From assembly GCA_964291625.2 (NCBI GenBank), contig OZ220089.1, forward strand, positions 224,001-288,000: DNA of 64,000 bases, in the 5' to 3' direction. The DNA comes from Candidatus Latescibacterota bacterium. Its GTDB lineage: Bacteria; Latescibacterota; UBA2968; UBA8231. The first letter of the stretch is position 1. Each line of letters begins with the position of its first letter. Below are positions 37,025-46,800 of the stretch, in pieces. The translations under genes were made by a program, and so were the position numbers. The notes beneath the pieces were generated by a model. It was not told the DNA's origin. It saw only the letters and a program-made list of their open reading frames with translations, and did not search any database.

Positions 37025-39239
37025 GGGCCGGAGGGTCCGGATCCTCCAGGGCCTCTCGCAGGCGGGCGGCGAGGTTGGTGTTCCGGCGGGCCGGGCGGTC
37101 GTTCTCGATGGCCCGCCGCAGGGCGCGCTGGCTGCCGATGAGGACGAAGAGCTCCCGGGCCCGGGTGACGGCGGTGTAGAGCAGGTTGCGCTGCAGCATC
37201 GGGTAGTGCTGGGTGGTCAGGGGCAGGACGACGGCCGGGAACTCCGAGCCCTGGGCGCGGTGGATGCTGATGGCGTAGGCCATGCTCAGCTGGTCGAGCT
37301 CGGCCAGCTCGTAGCGCTGCACGCCGCCGTCGTCGAAGACGACCTCGGCGAAGGACTCTTCCCCCGTTTCCAGGCGGCCGATGCGCCCCAGGTCGCCGTT
37401 GAAGACCCCCTTGTCGTAGTTGTTGCGCACCTGCATCACCCGGTCTCCCTCGCGCAGCTCGCGGTCGCCGATGGCGTGAGGCTTGCGCCCCGGGTTCAGG
37501 CGCTCCTGGAGCTGGCGGTTGAGCTGCACCGCGCCGGTCTCTCCGCGGTACATGGGAGTCAGGACCTGGATCTGCCGCATGGGGTCGAGATCCCGGCCCT
37601 GCGGCATCCGCCGGGACACCAGGTCCACCAGGCGCTGGGAGACCCGGGCGGGGTCGTCCTCCTCGACGAAGTAGAAGCCGGAGTCGGCGCGGTTGTCGAT
37701 CCGGGGCCACTCGCCGCCGTTGATGCGGTGGGCGTTGGTGACGATGAGGTTGTCGCCCGCCTGGCGGTAGATGTGGCGCAGGCGCGCCACGGGCACGACG
37801 CCGGAGTCGATGACATCCCCGAGGAGATTGCCGGGACCGACCGAGGGCAACTGGTCGGCGTCGCCCACGAGGACCAGCCGGGCGCCGTCGGGGACGGCCC
37901 GGAGCAGCGCGTTCATCAGGTTGATGTCGACCATGGAGCTCTCGTCGACGATGACCGCCTCCGCTTCGATGGGCTGGTTGCCATCGCGGCGGAAGCCGCC
38001 CTCCCGGGGGGCGTACTCCAGAAGCCTGTGGATGGTTCGGGCCTCGCGGCCGGTGGCCTCGCCCAGGCGCTTGGCGGCCCGCCCCGTGGGCGAGCACAGG
38101 GCCACCCGCAGGCCGGACGCCTCCAGGCGCCCCACGATCTGGCGGGTGATGGTGGTCTTGCCCGTGCCGGGGCCGCCGGTGACGACCAGGACCTTCCCCG
38201 CCCCCATCTGCTCCAGGGCCCATCGCTGGTCCTCTCCCAAGGACGCCTCCTCCTCGGCATCCGCCTCCCCCACCTCCTTCGCCAGGGCCGGACCCGGGGA
38301 GGTGAGTATCCGCTCCAGGGCCCGGGCCACCCCCCGCTCGGCCCGGTGCAGCCGCCCCGGATAGCAGTCCCGCCCCTCCACGACTACGTCACCCGCTTCC
38401 TGGAGGGCCGAGAGGGCCTCCGGTACTCGGCTGGAGTCGACGCCGAGGAGGAGCTCGGTCGCCGAGGCCAGCTCCTCCTCGGGCAGGAAGAGATGGCCCT
38501 CGTCGGCGGCTTCCTGCAGCAGGTAGCGGAGGCCGGCGCGCACGCGCTCCGGGGCGTCGCGGGCGATGCCGAGATCCCCGGCGATGCGGTCCGCCGTCTG
38601 GAAGCCGATGCCGCGCACGTCGCGCTGCAGCCGGTAGGGATCCTGCCGGACGCTGTGGATCGCCTCCGCGCCGTACTGCTGGTAGATGCGTACCGCGTGC
38701 CCCGTGCCGACGCCGTGGGACTGGAGGAAGACCATGACGTCGCGGATGCGCCGCTGCTCCTTCCAGGCCTCGGCGATGGCCTGAGCCCGCTTGCGCCCCA
38801 AACCCTCGATCTCCAGCAGCCGCCGCGGCTGAGCGTCGATCACTTCGAGGGAGGAGTCGCCGAAGCGGGCGACGATGCGCCTGGCCATGACCGGACCGAT
38901 CCCCTTGATCAGCCCCGAGCCGAGGTAACGCTCGATGCCTTCGGCGGTGGCGGGGTACTCGGGGATGCACGACTCCACCCGCAGCTGGCGGCCGAAGCGG
39001 GGATGGAGGTCCCAGCTCCCCTCCAGCCGCACGCTCTCGCCGGCGGAGACCGCCATGGTGCCGACGACGGTGACCGGCTCCCCCTCGCCTTCCGGGCGCA
39101 GCCGGGCGATGGTGTAGCCGTTCTCCGGGTTCTGGAAGGTGATGTGGTCGATGAGCCCCTTGAGGCGCACACCCGGCCCGGAGGCCGGGTCCTCCGGCGG
39201 CGCCCTCCCGGGGCCTTCGAAGAGGTCGCGCTCGCTCAC
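37005..39239 (-). CDS. recD2: ATP-dependent RecD2-like DNA helicase
   Basis: GTG at 39239; YLGSGLIKGIG, GIGFQTAD, TGGPGTGKT, DESSM, GDADQLPSVG and IHRAQGSE motifs. Confidence 0.93.
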   Translation of the reverse strand: MSERDLFEGPGRAPPEDPASGPGVRLKGLIDHITFQNPENGYTIARLRPEGEGEPVTVVGTMAVSAGESVRLEGSWDLHPRFGRQLRVESCIPEYPATAEGIERYLGSGLIKGIGPVMARRIVARFGDSSLEVIDAQPRRLLEIEGLGRKRAQAIAEAWKEQRRIRDVMVFLQSHGVGTGHAVRIYQQYGAEAIHSVRQDPYRLQRDVRGIGFQTADRIAGDLGIARDAPERVRAGLRYLLQEAADEGHLFLPEEELASATELLLGVDSSRVPEALSALQEAGDVVVEGRDCYPGRLHRAERGVARALERILTSPGPALAKEVGEADAEEEASLGEDQRWALEQMGAGKVLVVTGGPGTGKTTITRQIVGRLEASGLRVALCSPTGRAAKRLGEATGREARTIHRLLEYAPREGGFRRDGNQPIEAEAVIVDESSMVDINLMNALLRAVPDGARLVLVGDADQLPSVGPGNLLGDVIDSGVVPVARLRHIYRQAGDNLIVTNAHRINGGEWPRIDNRADSGFYFVEEDDPARVSQRLVDLVSRRMPQGRDLDPMRQIQVLTPMYRGETGAVQLNRQLQERLNPGRKPHAIGDRELREGDRVMQVRNNYDKGVFNGDLGRIGRLETGEESFAEVVFDDGGVQRYELAELDQLSMAYAISIHRAQGSEFPAVVLPLTTQHYPMLQRNLLYTAVTRARELFVLIGSQRALRRAIENDRPARRNTNLAARLREALEDPDPPAPTASGA

Positions 39240-39877
39240 ATCAAGGCAGCTCGCAGCAGCAGGGTGACGGCCGCCCCGAGGGCGGCGCCGGCCACCAGTT
39301 GCGCCGGCGAATGGGCCTGCCGCCGCCAGCGGGCCCACCCCGCCGCCAGGGGCAGCAGCGCGCACAGGGGCCACCACGCGGCTTCCACGAGGGTGGCCGC
39401 CAGCGCCGCCCCTCCCCCGGCGCCGGTGGTGTGGATGCTGATCTTCCACCGGCGGTTCACCAGGCCGACGCCGGCGGCGCCCACTGCGAAGGACGCCGCC
39501 GCCCAGCGCTGCACCGGCGGCATCTGCAGCCCCTGGAGGAGCGCGAACCCGACGGCGTAGCAGAGGGTCCCGACGAGCAGGAACCGGCTGCGCAGAGGGC
39601 GGGGGGGATCGTAGATGTCGTCGACTCCCCCGCCCCTGGCCAGCCAGCCCAGGAGGGCCGCGGGGCCGATGGAGAACAGCAGGATGGCCAGGGCCTTGCC
39701 CCCCGCCGACCTCAGGGGATCGCCGCCGGCGGGCAGCCACAGGAAGACGACCAGGGCCAGTCCCGGCGGGCTCAGGAGATGGGTGATGCAGCGCGCCGCC
39801 CCGTCGGTCCAGCCCGACCGGTCCGCCGCGGCTTGCGCGTCTCCGTCCCCGCCGTCACCCCCGGGCCGGGCCCTCAC
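39236..39877 (-). CDS. PAP2-like integral membrane protein
   Basis: GTG at 39877 overlaps the upstream stop; multiple TMs; WKISIH and WAR...QAHSPAQLVAG motifs. Confidence 0.65.
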   Translation of the reverse strand: MRARPGGDGGDGDAQAAADRSGWTDGAARCITHLLSPPGLALVVFLWLPAGGDPLRSAGGKALAILLFSIGPAALLGWLARGGGVDDIYDPPRPLRSRFLLVGTLCYAVGFALLQGLQMPPVQRWAAASFAVGAAGVGLVNRRWKISIHTTGAGGGAALAATLVEAAWWPLCALLPLAAGWARWRRQAHSPAQLVAGAALGAAVTLLLRAALM

Positions 39878-40311
39878 CGCTTCCACTTCTTGCCGCTGGC
39901 ATCCCTCCCTCTCCTGGCCCCCCCGGAACCCGCTTTGCCGGCGCCCTCCACGAGGAAGCCGATGAACCGCTTCTGACCGAGGGTCTTCAGGTAGGAGAGC
40001 AGGGAGACCTCCGCTTCCTTGCGGTCGAGCTTGTACCGGTCCCGGAGGCCTTCGATCATGTCCGCCACCGAGTTGCGGCCGTCGCACATCTGCCAGACCT
40101 GCGCGCCCACCTCGTCGAGGGTGATGGTCCGCTTCTCGGGGATGTAGAAGAGCTTCGACAGGAGGCGGGTCTTCCAGGTCTCCTGCCGCGTCACCGTTAT
40201 CCGGATCTCACCCTCCTCCGTCTTCTCCCACGCCAGCAGCTCGTTGCGGGCCGGCCGCGACTCCAGCATGGCGTCCCGCGTCAGCCGCGGCTTCTTCTTC
40301 GTGGCAAACAT
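39874..40311 (-). CDS. PqqD-family / RiPP recognition element-like protein
   Basis: TLDEVGAQVWQMCDGRNSVADMIEGLRDRY...EVSLLSYLKTL matches the PqqD winged-helix pattern. Confidence 0.8.
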   Translation of the reverse strand: MFATKKKPRLTRDAMLESRPARNELLAWEKTEEGEIRITVTRQETWKTRLLSKLFYIPEKRTITLDEVGAQVWQMCDGRNSVADMIEGLRDRYKLDRKEAEVSLLSYLKTLGQKRFIGFLVEGAGKAGSGGARRGRDASGKKWKR

Positions 40312-41329
40312 ATCCGTCCATGACTTCGTCGAGGGTGTCGCCGCCTTGTTCGCGCTTCTTGAACAGATGCTCGACGATGCAGATGCGATTCAAGTCGGGG
40401 CAGTGCCAGACCGCGCCCCGCAGGTAGCGCCTCGGCCTCGGGTTGACGAAGGGCAGGGGCCGCAGCACCTGGCGCCAGCGGCTCTGGGGCCGGCCGGTGA
40501 CGCGCAGGCCATCGTGGCCGCGGAAGTCGGCCCGGGCGATCTCGTGGTTCACGTCGCGCAGGTCCTTGCGGAAGAAGGAAGGGTACCAGTTTGAAAGGTC
40601 CGTCCCCTTCAGCAGCATGTGGGCCATGCTCAGGCGGTGCACGCGCAGGACCTGGGCGCCCCCGTCCTTCTCGAAGGTCATCTTCACGTGGCCCGACTTC
40701 AACTCCTTCTCGGTGAGCTCGAAGTCCGCGGGGGCGTGGAAGGTGAGGCCGTACAGGCTCCAGTACTGCAACTCGCCGCGGGGGTGGTCCTCGAGGGTGG
40801 GCAGGATCTCGTTCACCAGGCCGATCACGCCGCCGCCGTCGTCCTTTGCCGCGAGCACCCGCAGGAGCACGATGCGGCCGCAGTCCGGACAGGCGCGGGC
40901 CAGGTTGTAGGCCCGGTAGTCTGCCTCCCAGACGAAAGTCTCGTACTCGCTGCCCTCGAGCCAGCGCTTGTCCTGGAGGAACTTCGCGCGCCGCTCGACG
41001 CGCAGCTCCATGCCCGCCTTGTCGGCTTTCTTCTGCAGCTGGGAGAGATAGCGCCCCACGAGGTCCTCGACGGGCCGGCGGATGCCCCGCTTGGGAGGGG
41101 CCCGCCACTCGACCTCGGCCCGCACCATGCGGGTGTCGTCGAGGCGCGCGTAGCCGCTGGCGGCGTCGCCGTCGACCCGGCCCATCTCCCACTCCTCCGG
41201 GACGCGCAGCCGGATCCCCTGCCAGCCGAAGTCGTAGCGTCTGCCCCCCGCGGCCTGACGGGATCTTCCGGCGGGCTGCCGGGTCGGAGCCCCGCCTTCC
41301 ACGGCCGGAAGTCCGTCGCTTGCGGACAT
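40208..41329 (-). CDS. Hypothetical protein with two internally repeated (PsbP/DcrB-like?) domains
   Basis: ATG at 41329. FGWQGIRLRVPEEWE...CPDCGRIV repeats as WSLYGLTFHAPADFE...CPDLNRIC. The 3' end overlaps the PqqD-like gene by 104 nt. Confidence 0.7.
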   Translation of the reverse strand: MSASDGLPAVEGGAPTRQPAGRSRQAAGGRRYDFGWQGIRLRVPEEWEMGRVDGDAASGYARLDDTRMVRAEVEWRAPPKRGIRRPVEDLVGRYLSQLQKKADKAGMELRVERRAKFLQDKRWLEGSEYETFVWEADYRAYNLARACPDCGRIVLLRVLAAKDDGGGVIGLVNEILPTLEDHPRGELQYWSLYGLTFHAPADFELTEKELKSGHVKMTFEKDGGAQVLRVHRLSMAHMLLKGTDLSNWYPSFFRKDLRDVNHEIARADFRGHDGLRVTGRPQSRWRQVLRPLPFVNPRPRRYLRGAVWHCPDLNRICIVEHLFKKREQGGDTLDEVMDGYVCHEEEAAADAGRHAGVAAGPQRAAGVGEDGGG

Positions 41330-41352
41330 GGACCTTCCCGACCCGGACGCGC

Positions 41353-43836
41353 TTAGAAGATGAGGACCGACACCGACTTCTGGATCAGGGCGATGGAGAT
41401 CGACGCCATGCCCATGAGCGCCATGCCGCAGGCGAAGCCGACGGCGAGGACGGGCGCGTACGTGCGCCACTGTTGTCGTCCGTAGCGGTTCCAGAAGTAG
41501 TACCGGGCCAGCATGGCGCCGATGACCTCGGTGATCATCCAGTGCGGTATCGTCGTCAGGGCGCGGACGTACCCAAAGACGAGGAGGATCGGCAGCCCGA
41601 AGGCCGACAGAAAGATGTAGCTGCCCAGGCCGACGACGGTCCCGGCGACGATGAGGTTCGGCTTGATGGCGCGGAAGAGCCACGGCTCGTCGGTGGAACG
41701 CTGGATCCAGGGACTGGTGAAGTTCGGATCGGTGTCGACGGCGAAGTAGTACTCCCAGCCGGCGGGCAGGGACTGGGCGCTGGAGGCGAGGAGGGCGGGG
41801 CGAGGCGTGTCGACGACGCCGATCACCGGTCTCTCGCCCTCGACCAGGTCGGGGATGCGGTCCGGGGTGGCGACGGCGTCGCGGACCAGCTCGGCGGCGT
41901 GCGCCAGGCCCGCGACAGCGGGGCCGGCGGCGCTCACCTCGTAGCCCGCTCCGGCCGGGAGCGCCTTCTCCAGGGCGCCGGGCGGCAAGGGCGGCACGTC
42001 TTCGGGCATACCCTCGCCGAAGTGGGTGTAGAAGGCGCGCTTCTCGGACCAGGGGCCGGCCTCCCCGAGCTTGCCCTGCGACTCTATCCACTTGCTGTCG
42101 GCGGCGCGCACTCGCCAGTACCACCACTCCCCTTCCACCAGGTTCGAGGGCACCCAGGTGGCGCTGTTGCGCTCCGGCGACTCCTTCAGCTCGCTCTTCA
42201 GGGTGCCGGTGAACCAGATGCATGTCTGCAGGGCCCGGAGGCGCCACATGACCTGGGCATAGGGGTACGAGGCCGAGGGGATGGGGGCCAGCTTCCAGAT
42301 GTAGGAGGAGTAGAGGAAGGTGGCGAAGAGCACGATGGGCACCATCACCACCTCGGCCTTGATGATGCTCGTGAACTTGGTGCCCGTGAGCTCGATCTCG
42401 CGGAACTTCTGGGTCTGGGAGCCGTAGTTGCCCAGCGGGAAGGGCATGAACCAGATGTCCACGCCCTGGTACCCGGAGAGGATGATCGTCGCCTCGCGCA
42501 CGTAGGGGATCTCGATCGTCTGCCCCACCATGCCCACGAGGCGCGCGTTGACGAAGGACTGGAACGGCGTCAGCACGAACCCGAAGAACAGGAAGAACCA
42601 GATGAACTGGTGGAAGGCGGGCAGGAAGATCCAGGCGATGACGATGAGGCCGGCGGCGGTGAGCCCGTACAGGGTCAGGGCGATCCACATGGGGAAGTCG
42701 CCGCGCCCTTCGGGCACCGCCCAGGAACCGCCCCCCCTGCCGGAGGCCCTGGCGGCGGCGGCGGTGCGCAGCCCCTGCACGACCTGCCAGATACCGATGA
42801 GGGCGATGGCGATGGTCGTGCCGATGCCGAAGCTCATCCAGAAGTCGACGGAGTTGACGAAGAAGGTCTCGATGGCGCCCATGCCGGGCTGCCAGATCTG
42901 CAGGTAGCCGAGGTCGTAGAGGATCGGGTTGGCCACCGAGTGGGCGACGACGCCGAGGAAGGTGCCCATGACCCCCCAGAAAGGCATGACGAGGCCGGCG
43001 AAGATCGGCCCCAGATGGGCGGTGAACCCGAGGGGGGTGGCGGGGATGAAGTTGCCCGTGACCTGGGTGAAGTCGACGAAGGGAATGGGGATCAGCTGGA
43101 TCGGCTTGGTGAGCAGGGAGCCGGAGATCGCCGGGATCGCCACGTACAAGGTGCCGAAGACCAGGCCGATCATGGCCCCGGCGGAGAACGCCCTCCAGCG
43201 CCACGACTCCACCCCCTGGGTGGTCTCGGCCAGGGCCGTGGCCCCCTGGGCGGCGACGGGCGCGAAGGGAAAGGGCAGGCGCTCGTAGTCGGAGTTCAGC
43301 CGGAAGAGGGCATAGGCCATGGTGAACCACGAGACCCGCGAGATCACGAACTGCGCCAGCAGCAGCGAGATGGGGATGATCCAGTCGGTGTGCAGGAAGG
43401 TCCGCTGCAGCAGCGCCGGCGACTCCAGGGGCGGCGCCCACCAGTCCGGGATCAGGTTGGCGATGCCGAACTGCTGCGCCGGCGGCGACTGGCGCAGGTA
43501 CTGGTTCCACAGCAGCCCCTCGAAGGCGCCGGTCTCGGCGGCGATCAGTCCCGCCGCCACGTAGTAGAGGACGTATACCTCCTGGCGCGTCAGGGAGGTG
43601 AAGGAGCGCTTGGTGATCTCGGCGAAGAGGATGATCGTCACCCACTCCGCCGCGGCGCCGAGGGAACCGCCCACCATGAGGCTGAGGTACATGTTCCCCG
43701 GGATCATGACGAAGGCGACGAAGAAGACGCCGAGGATCGCCTTGCGGGTGAAGCCGTCCTCGAACTCGGTCGGCGTCTCGAGGAGGTCGCGGTACTCTTC
43801 GACTTCCTGGTTGGCGTTGCTCTTGCGTCTCAGCAT
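41353..43836 (-). CDS. OPT/YSL-like oligopeptide transporter with a soluble insertion
   Basis: 827 aa with many TMs; N-terminal FEDGFTRKAILG..F...MIPGNMYLSL; ERLPFPFAPV; C-terminal GFACGMAL. Confidence 0.7.
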   Translation of the reverse strand: MLRRKSNANQEVEEYRDLLETPTEFEDGFTRKAILGVFFVAFVMIPGNMYLSLMVGGSLGAAAEWVTIILFAEITKRSFTSLTRQEVYVLYYVAAGLIAAETGAFEGLLWNQYLRQSPPAQQFGIANLIPDWWAPPLESPALLQRTFLHTDWIIPISLLLAQFVISRVSWFTMAYALFRLNSDYERLPFPFAPVAAQGATALAETTQGVESWRWRAFSAGAMIGLVFGTLYVAIPAISGSLLTKPIQLIPIPFVDFTQVTGNFIPATPLGFTAHLGPIFAGLVMPFWGVMGTFLGVVAHSVANPILYDLGYLQIWQPGMGAIETFFVNSVDFWMSFGIGTTIAIALIGIWQVVQGLRTAAAARASGRGGGSWAVPEGRGDFPMWIALTLYGLTAAGLIVIAWIFLPAFHQFIWFFLFFGFVLTPFQSFVNARLVGMVGQTIEIPYVREATIILSGYQGVDIWFMPFPLGNYGSQTQKFREIELTGTKFTSIIKAEVVMVPIVLFATFLYSSYIWKLAPIPSASYPYAQVMWRLRALQTCIWFTGTLKSELKESPERNSATWVPSNLVEGEWWYWRVRAADSKWIESQGKLGEAGPWSEKRAFYTHFGEGMPEDVPPLPPGALEKALPAGAGYEVSAAGPAVAGLAHAAELVRDAVATPDRIPDLVEGERPVIGVVDTPRPALLASSAQSLPAGWEYYFAVDTDPNFTSPWIQRSTDEPWLFRAIKPNLIVAGTVVGLGSYIFLSAFGLPILLVFGYVRALTTIPHWMITEVIGAMLARYYFWNRYGRQQWRTYAPVLAVGFACGMALMGMASISIALIQKSVSVLIF

Positions 43837-43854
43837 TCTCGGAAGGGCCGCGGT

Positions 43855-46800
43855 TCAGGCGGAGACGGAATCGGCGGGGGCGCCGGCCAGCAGTTCCTGC
43901 CCCTGGCTCCGGTAGGCCTCCTTGGCCTCGGAGTCGACGGTGCGCCAGATGAGGAACTGCTTGCGGATGACGTTCATGAAGCGCTGGTTGACGCGCCGCC
44001 ACGAGGCGTCCTCGCCGCTCAGGCGGCGGATGTCGAGCTGGATCTGGTAGATGTTGTGCTCGGACTCGGGCAGGGCGCGGATGACGACGTGCTGGCTCAC
44101 CCCCAGGTCGAAGGGCGCCAGCCAGATGTTCATGTCGATGGTGTACCCCTCGCCGTACTCGGAGTCGAGGCGGCCCAGCTTGGCGCCGTCGGTGTAGAAG
44201 GTCCCGATCGATTCCTCGGAGTAGGAGTCGAAGTAGCCGATGAGGAAGACCGACAGGCCGAGGACGTCGCGCCCCGCCACGGTGAAGGGGAACTCGAAGT
44301 GCCAGTCGTCCCCTTCGGGCCGGGGCAGCCGCCAGCGGCGGGTCACGTCGGGTACCGCCATCTGCGACGCCCGGCGCGCCGGGTAGATGGTGGAGAGCAT
44401 GACCACCGCCATCACCAGGATGCAGGAGAGCACCGCCGACAGGGACGAGTAGTTGAGGGTGAAGCCGGTGACCACCCCGAGCTGGGTCAGAAGGGTCGCC
44501 GTGATCTGACCGACGAGGTAGCCGGCCACCACCCCGAGGACGGAGTAGACGCAGGACTCGGCCATGAACAGCCAGGCGATATGCCCCGGCGCCAGGCCCA
44601 CGGAGGAGTAGATGCCGATCTCGCGGAAGCGCTCGTAGACGCTGCCCATCATCGTGTTGAGGACGATGAGGGCGGCGATGAGGATCGGCACGAAGAGGTT
44701 GGCCACCCCCGACAGCGAGGTCATGCCCAGGGAGCTGTAGATCGACACCTTGATGTAGTCGTCCCCCGGCTCCTGGATGCCGGCGAAGAGGGTCACCGCC
44801 AGGCGCGACAGGAACTGCTCGATCTCGGCGCGCTCGTCGACGCCCTCGTCGAAGCGGATCGCCACCGACTGCAGGGGATTGCCGCTGCCCACGTTGCGCA
44901 GCGTGTGGTACGGCAGGATCAGGGTGTTGGCCGGCTCCAGGTGGACGAAGGGCTTGATCACCACCTGCGCGTCCTCGAGGCCCTGCTTCTCCCGCTGCTC
45001 CTCCTCGGCGATCTCCTGCACCGCCTGGCCGCCGGTGACGGCGAAGTCGGCGGGCGTCATCGTCTCGTCGTCGAGGTCCTTCAGCTCCTTCATGCGCGTG
45101 GAGTTGATGATGCCGATGACGGTGAACTGCTCGCCGAAGACGCGCACCGTGGCGCCGCCGGCGTCGACCTCGCCCATGTCGATGCCGAGCTTGTCGGCCC
45201 CGAGCATATCGTTGGGCAGGATGCAGACCCTCTCCTCGCCCTCCTGGAACCAGCGTCCCGCCAGCAGGGCCTGGTCGAGGCCTGTCACCTCGGTCTCGGA
45301 CGGGGTCAGGCCGAGGACGCCGAGGGCGTTATGGGCATCCTCGCCGTACTTGATCTTGATGTGGGCCTTCTTCTGGTTGTCGTACCAGCTCCGCGGCGCG
45401 ATGGCGGCCCGGTCGCCGAAGTTGCTGTGGGCGTACTCGAGGACCGACTCCTCCAGCGGCGTCCACGCCTTGCTGCGGATCAGCAGGCCCTCGTAGAGCC
45501 CCTCGTTGTCGCGCTCGATCTGGTTGTAGCGCAGGGCCGTCTGGATGGACGTGAAGGACAGGACCGTGAAGGTGAGCAGCAGCAGGGTGACGAAGGTCAG
45601 CGCCGTGCGCAGCTTGCGGCGCTTCATGTTGCTGATGCCCAGGAGGAAGGCGGTGAGGGAGGCGCTGGAGCGGCTCACGTCGGTGTCGTGGATGACCGCC
45701 ACCTCGGTGCGCAGTTTCTTCATCTGCTCGTTGAAGCGGCCGGAGATGATCCACATGACGAGGACCGCGAGGACGAGGATCACGAAGGCCAGGAGGATGA
45801 CGAAGGGGTTGGACAACTCGAAGGCCGGGTGGACGAAGGAGAGGACGATCCAGATGACGAGGAAGATGCCCGCGAAGCCCATGATCTGGCGCTGGATCGT
45901 GGCCGCGGTGATCAGCAGGCGCTCGGCGAAGTAGGCGCAGGGCAGGACCAGGGCCATGAAGAAGATGATGCCCTGGATGACGTCGTTCTGGGTCGACTTG
46001 ACGTCGGGATAGGCCCGCGACTCGAGGCCGATGGCCGAGCGCGTGTGGCGCACGAACGCGCTCCACTCCTTGCGCTCCAGGGCCGCCGCCGCCCGTTCCA
46101 GCTCTCCCCGGGCGCGCTCGTGCAGGTCGTTCAGGCGCTGGTTCTCGATGGCGAAGCTCCGCAGCTCGCGCATGCGGGCCTCGTCGAGGGTCCACATGTC
46201 CCTGGCCGACTGGTAGGAGGTGCGCGCGAAGGAGGATCCCGGCTCCATGGCGAAGCCCGCGCCCAGGGCCTCCTCCTTGTCGTCGGGGTTCTCGGAGTTC
46301 AGCAGCAGGGAGCGGAAGCCGAGGATCCCGGCGCCGAAGCCCATCTTCACCAGGGCTCCCGGCCGGGCGAAGAGCACGCCCACCGGCTCGTCCTTGGCCG
46401 AGGGGCCCTCCCCGATGGTGTATCCGTACTCCACGGGGGAGGCGTTGGTCTCGTCGAAGACGGTGACCTCGGAGAGCTTGGTGAGGTAGCGGGGATCGAC
46501 GATGTCGAAGAAGTTGAAGGCCTGGCACGGGAAGAGGACGACCATCCACTCCTTGTCGCGCCAGTCCATCTTGATCAGCATCGGGTAGGCCTGGTCGCCC
46601 TGGATGCCGCGGTCCGGCGCGTAGCTGACCCGTCCGGTGGCCGGGTCCATGCGGTAACCCTCCACCTGGACCTGCTCGACGCGGATGCGGTTGACGAAGA
46701 AGGCGCCGTCGCCGTCGACGACTTCGAAGTACTCGCCGCGCACGCCCTTGTAGGACTTCTTCTTGCCGTTGCGCACGACGCCGACAGCGCCCGTGCGCGG

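Noticed and set aside
37005-39239. RecD2 helicase as part of a defence system or of the peptide cluster
   Set aside because: It has the ordinary housekeeping RecD2 architecture with no nuclease partner. Its coupling to the cluster is probably operon accretion.
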